DNA of 64,000 bases from an uncultured Pseudogracilibacillus sp. (GTDB lineage Bacteria; Bacillota; Bacilli; Bacillales; Amphibacillaceae), in assembly GCA_937960785.1 (NCBI GenBank), contig CALGOZ010000115.1, forward strand, positions 446 through 64,445, given 5' to 3'. Under the pieces are notes generated by a model. The model was not told where the DNA came from and did no database searches. It saw only the letters and a program-made list of their open reading frames with translations. How positions within the stretch are numbered: the first letter of the stretch is position 1; each line of letters starts with the position of its first letter. The position numbers were made by a program, and so were the translations under genes. Of this stretch, positions 58,790-64,000 are shown one piece after another.

Positions 58790-58818
58790 AATATAGCTTC
58801 TTTTGTATTGTACGTCAA
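58790..58818 (-). promoter_or_regulatory. candidate sigma-A promoter of cspD
   Basis: Minus strand: ttgacg (-35), a 17-nt spacer, tatatt (-10). Predicts a leader of about 150 nt, typical for csp genes. Confidence 0.5.
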
Positions 58819-58918
58819 GTACTTATTGAAGGAAATTTGTTAAAAAATTAACGAATTACGAACAAAAAGGTAAGTTTTTAAAAGGACCAAGGTATGGTAT
58901 AGGAAGACGTGAGAAGCT

Positions 58919-59902
58919 TTAGTGAACTTTTATTCTTTTTGCACCTAAATATCTTTGTTTCCAATAGTCTTCTTCTAAATGACTAATCCGAACACCTTTT
59001 GAAGTACTTGCATGAATAAATTGACCTTCACCAATATAAATCCCCATATGGGAAGGGCCTGGTTCATACGTTTCAAAAAAGACGAAATCACCTACTGATG
59101 GCGAATCAATCGGATCAGTAAAATTCCATATATCTCTAACGGTTCTAGGTAGGACGAGGTCAACTTCATCGAAGACATATTGAATAAATCCGCTACAATC
59201 AAACCCTTTCCTTGACGTACCACCCCATTTATAAGGTGTCCCAATAAGCGATTTAGCAACAGAGATAACTTCACTTGGATTCGTCGACTTTACCGGTACA
59301 ATAGCAGGGTCATTAACTTCTGTATTTATTTCTGTTTCGGGAGCCTCGACTTGTTCTTCTGTTTTAGTAGGTGAAAATAGTTCCTTCACTGCATCATCTG
59401 CTTTTACCCGTTCAATCGCTTCTTTCGTTAAATTACCGTATATACCATCAATTTTTCCTTTATAATAACCATAAAAATATAATACTTCTTGCACTTGTTC
59501 AACTTGGGAACTGGTTTCACCGTAAGTAATTTTGTTTAAATAAGGTTTTATTTCTTTGATAGCTATTTGTTTTTCTTTATTTTGTAGTCGTTGAAAAGTA
59601 TCTTTGTTTATTTGACCGTTGATAGTAATTGCTTCAGATGATTGGAAGCTTCTTACTGCTTGCTCTGTGTATAAACCATACTGTCCATCGATCCGGTCGT
59701 TATAGTAACCAAGTTTTTTTAATTTAAGTTGGATATGTCGGACGAGTTCACCGTGATCTCCATATTCAATCGGTTCTTGATGAATGACATCCTCTGCCTG
59801 ATATGGTACGGCTAAAGCACTTTGCAGTGATAAAGATTGAGTAAGGGCAAAACTGTATAGAAGGGAGCGTCTCATTGCTTTTTCAACAGCTTTAGTTTGC
59901 AT
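58919..59902 (-). CDS. secreted peptidoglycan hydrolase: two PG_binding_1 repeats + C-terminal NlpC/P60 (C40) endopeptidase
   Basis: Signal peptide; two repeats of the type V..IQ..L..LGYY....DG.YG..T..AV..FQ; NlpC/P60 core YKWGGTSRKGFDCSGFIQYVF...HMGIYIG.GQFIHA. 327 aa. Confidence 0.85.
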   Translation of the reverse strand: MQTKAVEKAMRRSLLYSFALTQSLSLQSALAVPYQAEDVIHQEPIEYGDHGELVRHIQLKLKKLGYYNDRIDGQYGLYTEQAVRSFQSSEAITINGQINKDTFQRLQNKEKQIAIKEIKPYLNKITYGETSSQVEQVQEVLYFYGYYKGKIDGIYGNLTKEAIERVKADDAVKELFSPTKTEEQVEAPETEINTEVNDPAIVPVKSTNPSEVISVAKSLIGTPYKWGGTSRKGFDCSGFIQYVFDEVDLVLPRTVRDIWNFTDPIDSPSVGDFVFFETYEPGPSHMGIYIGEGQFIHASTSKGVRISHLEEDYWKQRYLGAKRIKVH

Positions 59903-60100
59903 CTTTATGCTCCTTTCTTTTATGTCGAATTATTAACAATTTTATGAAGGACCTCTCCATGATATACGTTACAATTATATTACGATAAGTATAAGTTCAT
60001 CTTTTATATAATATTTGTTATACTTAATATGTTTATTTTAGAGGAATAATCATAATCGTATAAATAACTTAATTTATAAAAAGGATAGGGTGGGATCAGG

Positions 60101-61054
60101 ATGAGAAATGAAGCGGCTTATTTAAATTTATTACAAGAAATATTAGATGAAGGTATTAAAAAAAATGACCGTACAAATACCGGGACGTATTCCTTATTTG
60201 GTAAACAAATTAGGTTTAATTTAGAAGAAGGGTTTCCGCTTCTTACAACGAAATTTGTCTCGTTCCGTTTACTTGCAAGTGAGCTTCTCTGGTTTCTAAA
60301 AGGCGATACAAACATTCGTTATTTATTAGAAAATAACAATAATATATGGAATGAATGGGCTTTTAAGAAATGGGTTGAAAGCGACGAATACGATGGTCCG
60401 GACATGACAGACTTTGGTCGGCGTAGCTTAGTTGATGAAGAATTTAACGTACAATATAAAGAGCAAATGGAACGTTTCAAGGAAAAAATTCTAACAGACG
60501 ATGCTTTTGCGGAAAAATATGGTGATCTAGGCTTCGTCTATGGAAAGCAATGGCGAAAATGGGAAGGACCTAGAGGTGAAATAATCGATCAAATAAAAGA
60601 TGTCATTCATTCAATCAAGCATAATCCAGATTCCCGTCGTCATATCGTATCTGCTTGGAATCCGGTTGATATACCGAATATGGCGCTACCTCCATGTCAC
60701 ACATTGTTTCAGTTTTACGTAGCAGAGGGAAAACTTTCTTGTCAGTTATACCAGCGGAGTGCGGATGTTTTTTTAGGTGTTCCTTTTAATATTGCAAGTT
60801 ATGCCTTGCTTACTCATTTAATTGCAAAAGAAACAGGCCTTAAGATAGGGGAGTTCATCCATACCTTTGGTGATGTGCACATTTATTCAAACCACGTAGA
60901 GCAAGTAAAGCTACAACTTACTAGAAAGCCAAAACCTCTACCGCAACTAAAAATCAATACGAACAAGGAATCGATTTTCGATTATGAGTTATCTGATTTT
61001 GAAATCGTTGGTTATGAACATCATCCAGCAATAAAAGCACCAGTAGCGGTATAA
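60101..61054 (+). CDS. thyA: thymidylate synthase (long, about 317 aa form with the small-domain insert)
   Basis: [17 protein letters not shown], the catalytic Cys in [13 protein letters not shown], and [20 protein letters not shown]. An insert of about 50 aa ([16 protein letters not shown]...KYGDLG) resembles the L. casei/Staphylococcus type. Confidence 0.9.
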   Translation: MRNEAAYLNLLQEILDEGIKKNDRTNTGTYSLFGKQIRFNLEEGFPLLTTKFVSFRLLASELLWFLKGDTNIRYLLENNNNIWNEWAFKKWVESDEYDGPDMTDFGRRSLVDEEFNVQYKEQMERFKEKILTDDAFAEKYGDLGFVYGKQWRKWEGPRGEIIDQIKDVIHSIKHNPDSRRHIVSAWNPVDIPNMALPPCHTLFQFYVAEGKLSCQLYQRSADVFLGVPFNIASYALLTHLIAKETGLKIGEFIHTFGDVHIYSNHVEQVKLQLTRKPKPLPQLKINTNKESIFDYELSDFEIVGYEHHPAIKAPVAV

Positions 61055-61059
61055 AAAGT

Positions 61060-61084
61060 CGTGACGAATTCGTTACGTTTTTTA
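61060..61084 (+). terminator. short hairpin + T-run between thyA and folA (partial terminator/attenuator)
   Basis: 7-bp palindromic stem cgtgacg / cgttacg, loop aatt, then a T7 run. Lies 6 nt after the thyA stop. Confidence 0.5.
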
Positions 61085-61162
61085 CTAATACTGTCCTTTT
61101 TTCCGTGATTAAGATACAATGAAGGGGTAATATTAAGAAGTAGATATTAAGGGAGAAGCAAT

Positions 61163-61651
61163 ATGTTAGCATTTATCGTTGCAATGGATAAAAATCGTGT
61201 CATAGGTTATAAAAATGATATGCCATGGCACATACCGAAAGATTTACAATACTTTAAAGAGAGAACAACAGGGCATACAATCGTAATGGGAAGGAAAACC
61301 TTTGAGTCATTAGGAAGAGTGTTACCGAATCGAAAACATGTCGTCTTAACTCGCACTGAAGCTAATTTCCCAGAAGAAGTAACTGTACTGCATTCAATTA
61401 CATCCTTATTAGATTATATCGAGGAAAGAAAAGATGAAAAAATCTTCATCATCGGAGGCGGAAATTTATTTTCACAAATGTTACCTTATGTCGACCGGAT
61501 GTATATTACAGAAATCGACGAGGTCTTCGAAGGAGATGTGTACTTTCCTGAGTTTGATAAAGATGAGTGGAAAATTATATCGAAAGAAAAAGGACCAAAA
61601 GATCAAAAAAACCCTTACGATTATTACTATATCGTATACGAACGGAAATAA
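61163..61651 (+). CDS. folA: dihydrofolate reductase
   Basis: AMDKNRVIGYKNDMPWHIPKDLQYFKERTTGHTIVMGRKTFES and IIGGGNLF. 162 aa. Lies downstream of thyA. Confidence 0.9.
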   Translation: MLAFIVAMDKNRVIGYKNDMPWHIPKDLQYFKERTTGHTIVMGRKTFESLGRVLPNRKHVVLTRTEANFPEEVTVLHSITSLLDYIEERKDEKIFIIGGGNLFSQMLPYVDRMYITEIDEVFEGDVYFPEFDKDEWKIISKEKGPKDQKNPYDYYYIVYERK

Positions 61652-61779
61652 CTTTATTGCTTGTATTATATAGACGAATCCCTTATGATTGAGTCAAATG
61701 AATGTATAGTTAAGCATTTATCAGTCGATCTAGCTTTAACAGATCACGATTATTTTATAAATCCAAAGAGGTGGAACGA

Positions 61780-61962
61780 ATGAATATTGCAAATTTAGGA
61801 TTACCGGGATTAATTTTATTGCTCGTTATTGCTCTTTTAATTTTCGGACCGTCAAAGTTACCAGAGATTGGAAGGGCTGCTGGAAATTCTCTACGTGAGT
61901 TTAAGAATGCAACAAAAGGATTAATGGATGATGACGCAAAACAAAAGGAAGAAAATGAATAA
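61780..61962 (+). CDS. tatA: twin-arginine translocase subunit TatA/E
   Basis: [28 protein letters not shown] followed by an amphipathic helix. 60 aa from ATG 61780 after an agaggtgg RBS. Confidence 0.88.
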   Translation: MNIANLGLPGLILLLVIALLIFGPSKLPEIGRAAGNSLREFKNATKGLMDDDAKQKEENE

Positions 61963-61971
61963 GTAGAAAAA

Positions 61972-62005
61972 GGTGTAAGGACACTGGAGCCTTACATCTT
62001 TTTTA
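61972..62005 (+). terminator. hairpin + T-run between tatA and tatC
   Basis: 9-bp stem ggtgtaagg / ccttacatc (one G-U pair), 9-nt loop, T6 run. Lies 10 nt after the tatA stop and about 40 nt before the tatC ATG. Confidence 0.55.
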
Positions 62006-62043
62006 TCACCGGTTTATATTTTAATGTGGCTGAGGTGTAGAGG

Positions 62044-62787
62044 ATGTCTACTGAACTTAACGAGAAAGCGATGGATGTAACTGGTCATTTGACCGAATTG
62101 CGTAATCGTTTAATGGTTACCGCTTTTGTTTTCGTTGTTTTTTTTATTTTAGGATTTATATATCGCGAAGAAGTGTATTCGTTCTTTGCAAAAGATGTTC
62201 ATATTAAATTAAATATAACGAGTCCCTTGGAGACGGTATGGATCTTTTTTTCAATTGCTGGATTAGTAGCAATTGTCGCTACTTTACCGGTTTTAGCCTT
62301 ACAACTTTGGCTTTTTATTAAACCGGGATTAAAAAAGAATGAGCGACGGGCTACATTGCTTTACGTACCGGTTATTTTTCTTTTGTTTGTCCTTGGCTTA
62401 GTTGCCGGTTATTTAGCTTTTACTCAATTAATTTTTCCTTTTCTTATCGCTTTAAATGATGGACTTTTTAACGAAATTTTTACGGTTGAACGATATTTTA
62501 GAATTTTATTTCATACGATGATCATATTTGCGTTCGTATTTGAATTACCAATCGTTATGATGTTTTTAACAAGTTTAGGCATAATTACACCAGACTTTTT
62601 AAAACGTACGAGAAAATACGCTTATTTCATCTTACTTCTAATCAGTGGGCTTATTACACCCCCTGATGTTATTTTACAGATCGTCGTGGCAATCCCTTTA
62701 ATTTTGTTATATGAAATTAGCATTATCCTTGCCTCCTATGCGTATAAAAAACGTATGAAGCGTCAAGAGGAATTTGTTCAAGTATAA
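62044..62787 (+). CDS. tatC: twin-arginine translocase subunit TatC
   Basis: 247 aa with six TM helices. N-terminal HLTELRNRL, then the typical TatC topology. Lies downstream of tatA. Confidence 0.88.
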   Translation: MSTELNEKAMDVTGHLTELRNRLMVTAFVFVVFFILGFIYREEVYSFFAKDVHIKLNITSPLETVWIFFSIAGLVAIVATLPVLALQLWLFIKPGLKKNERRATLLYVPVIFLLFVLGLVAGYLAFTQLIFPFLIALNDGLFNEIFTVERYFRILFHTMIIFAFVFELPIVMMFLTSLGIITPDFLKRTRKYAYFILLLISGLITPPDVILQIVVAIPLILLYEISIILASYAYKKRMKRQEEFVQV

Positions 62788-62937
62788 TGTTGGGAGTTTT
62801 ACGTTTTTTCGTTGTTTCTTTGGCAATTTCGACATATAATATGAATTATTATCGGATATTCTTGGACTATTTGTTAAGCTTTGCGGTTGCCCGGGAAATG
62901 TTCCTTAAAATACGGAAATAAGTTAGGGGCGATTTTA

Positions 62938-63642
62938 TTGCAAGAAGTTAATATTTTCCTCGCCTTCGGTGCGGGGTTTTTATCTTTTATATCACCTTGT
63001 GTATTACCGTTGTATCCGGCTTTTTTATCTTATATCACAGGAATGAGTGTAAGTGATTTACAAGATGAAAATAAAAAGCTTGCAAGAAGAAGCCTTATAC
63101 ATACGATTATGTTTCTACTCGGCTTTTCGGCGATTTTTGTTACAATAGGATTTAGTACCACCTTAATTTCCGAATTCTTTTTAATGTATCAACATCTTAT
63201 TAGGCAAATTGGTGCGATTTTGATCGTTTTCTTTGGACTAGTTATTGTAGGAGTATTGGACTTTCAATTTTTATCGAAAACAAAATCAGTTACTGTAAAA
63301 AATCGGCCAGCCGGATTTATCGGCTCTTTCATTATCGGTATGGCTTTTTCGATGGGATGGACACCGTGTACTGGTCCAATTTTAATGGTCGTTTTATCGT
63401 TAGCAGCAACGCACCCAGATCAAGGATTAATCTTAATGATTAGTTATGTGTTAGGCTTTGCAATTCCGTTTCTCGTTTTATCTTTCTTCGTCGGTCGTTT
63501 CGAATGGATTCGTCGACATAGCCAAAAGATTATGAAAATCGGTGGCTACATTATGATTTTCTTCGGAGTTGCACTATTTTTCGACTGGATGACGAAAATT
63601 ACATCTTTATTAGCTGAATGGACTGGCTTTTACGGATTTTAA
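62938..63642 (+). CDS. ccdA: cytochrome c biogenesis thiol-disulfide transporter CcdA (DsbD family)
   Basis: Conserved Cys motifs SPCVLPLYPAF and WTPCTGPIL. TTG 62938 gives 234 aa, close to the ~235 aa I recall for B. subtilis CcdA. The track start at 62881 adds a non-hydrophobic extension. Confidence 0.8.
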   Translation: MQEVNIFLAFGAGFLSFISPCVLPLYPAFLSYITGMSVSDLQDENKKLARRSLIHTIMFLLGFSAIFVTIGFSTTLISEFFLMYQHLIRQIGAILIVFFGLVIVGVLDFQFLSKTKSVTVKNRPAGFIGSFIIGMAFSMGWTPCTGPILMVVLSLAATHPDQGLILMISYVLGFAIPFLVLSFFVGRFEWIRRHSQKIMKIGGYIMIFFGVALFFDWMTKITSLLAEWTGFYGF

Positions 63643-63677
63643 CAATGTTGAATTTTTTTAAGATAGTAGGTGAGAAG

Positions 63678-64000
63678 ATGTATAAACCAAATAATCTTAT
63701 TTTAAAATCCACTTCTTCTTTAATCGTCTTTATTTTGTTAGGCTTTGCAATTTATTTATTATTAGCCGGTCATAATTCACCCGGTGGCGGATTTATTGGA
63801 GGCCTCACAACGACAGCAGCCTTTCTACTTATGTATATGGCCTTTGGAGAAGAGACGGTAAGAAAAATAATACCAATCAACTTTTTGCTTTTTATTCCAA
63901 TCGGCTTATTGTTAGCGACCTTGACGGGACTAGGGGCCTTACTTTTTAACGTTCCATTCTTAACGCATACATTCGGAACGTTTACAATCCCGCTTTTCGG
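63678..64000 (+). CDS. MnhB/MrpB-domain cation:proton antiporter subunit, 3'-truncated by the window edge
   Basis: Not in the track (no stop within the window). ATG 63678 follows a gtaggtgag RBS. The frame is open to base 64000. The translation MYKPNNLILKSTSSLIVFILLGFAIYLLLAGHNSPGGGFIGGL...FLTHTFG matches the MnhB-domain signature (GH..PGGGF.GGL) and the overall pattern of B. subtilis MrpB. Confidence 0.6.
   Translation, partial: MYKPNNLILKSTSSLIVFILLGFAIYLLLAGHNSPGGGFIGGLTTTAAFLLMYMAFGEETVRKIIPINFLLFIPIGLLLATLTGLGALLFNVPFLTHTFGTFTIPLF

Noticed and set aside
61434-61673. 79-aa alternative-frame ORF within folA
   Set aside because: It is out of frame within a well-supported DHFR gene and has no RBS.
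1-64000. Looked for CRISPR arrays, IS/transposase genes, integrases, phage genes, toxin-antitoxin pairs, restriction-modification or other defence-type operons
   Set aside because: No repeat-spacer periodicity was seen, no transposase or integrase-like ORFs, and no uncharacterised multi-gene cluster. Every ORF of 100 aa or more that is not antisense has a housekeeping, respiratory, sporulation or cell-wall assignment.

Overview
This 64 kb window is a core chromosomal segment of a low-GC, endospore-forming Bacillaceae genome. It is not B. subtilis 168 itself. It is largely collinear with the B. subtilis ypbB to ypsC region. In order: ypbB-recS-ypbD, gudB, sleB-ypeB, motI, cmk, rpsA, der-gpsA, yphEF, spoIVA, hbs, hepS-menG-hepT, ndk, cheR, aroC-aroB-aroH-hisC-tyrA-aroA, ypiABF, qcrABC, ypjA-D, dapB, bshA-cca-birA-panBCD, ypmB-aspB, dnaD-nth, ponA-recU, gpsB, rnpB and ypsC. 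This is followed by an SCO/ba3-type cytochrome oxidase cluster, a decayed type III polyketide synthase gene with an intact methyltransferase partner, cspD, an NlpC/P60 hydrolase, thyA-folA, tatAC, ccdA and the start of an MrpB-like gene. I support about 73 protein-coding genes, one ncRNA (RNase P RNA), one clear pseudogene, about 20 hairpin terminators and a few promoters. I saw no tRNA/rRNA genes, CRISPR arrays, IS elements or prophage genes, and I do not see a convincing novel multi-gene system. The points most worth a second look are: (1) a heavily frameshifted bpsA-like type III PKS pseudogene abutting an intact bpsB-like gene; (2) a 48-codon ORF below the track cutoff that looks like the ba3 oxidase subunit IIa; (3) an intrinsic-terminator-like hairpin inside the cspD leader; (4) several deletions relative to the B. 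subtilis order (trp operon, folE-mtrB, mgsA-bshB1, most of ypjB); (5) two long untranslated spacers ending in strong terminators. Product calls come from motifs read in the translations plus remembered Bacillus synteny. No database search was possible. Hairpin and promoter coordinates were derived by hand and may be off by 1-2 nt.
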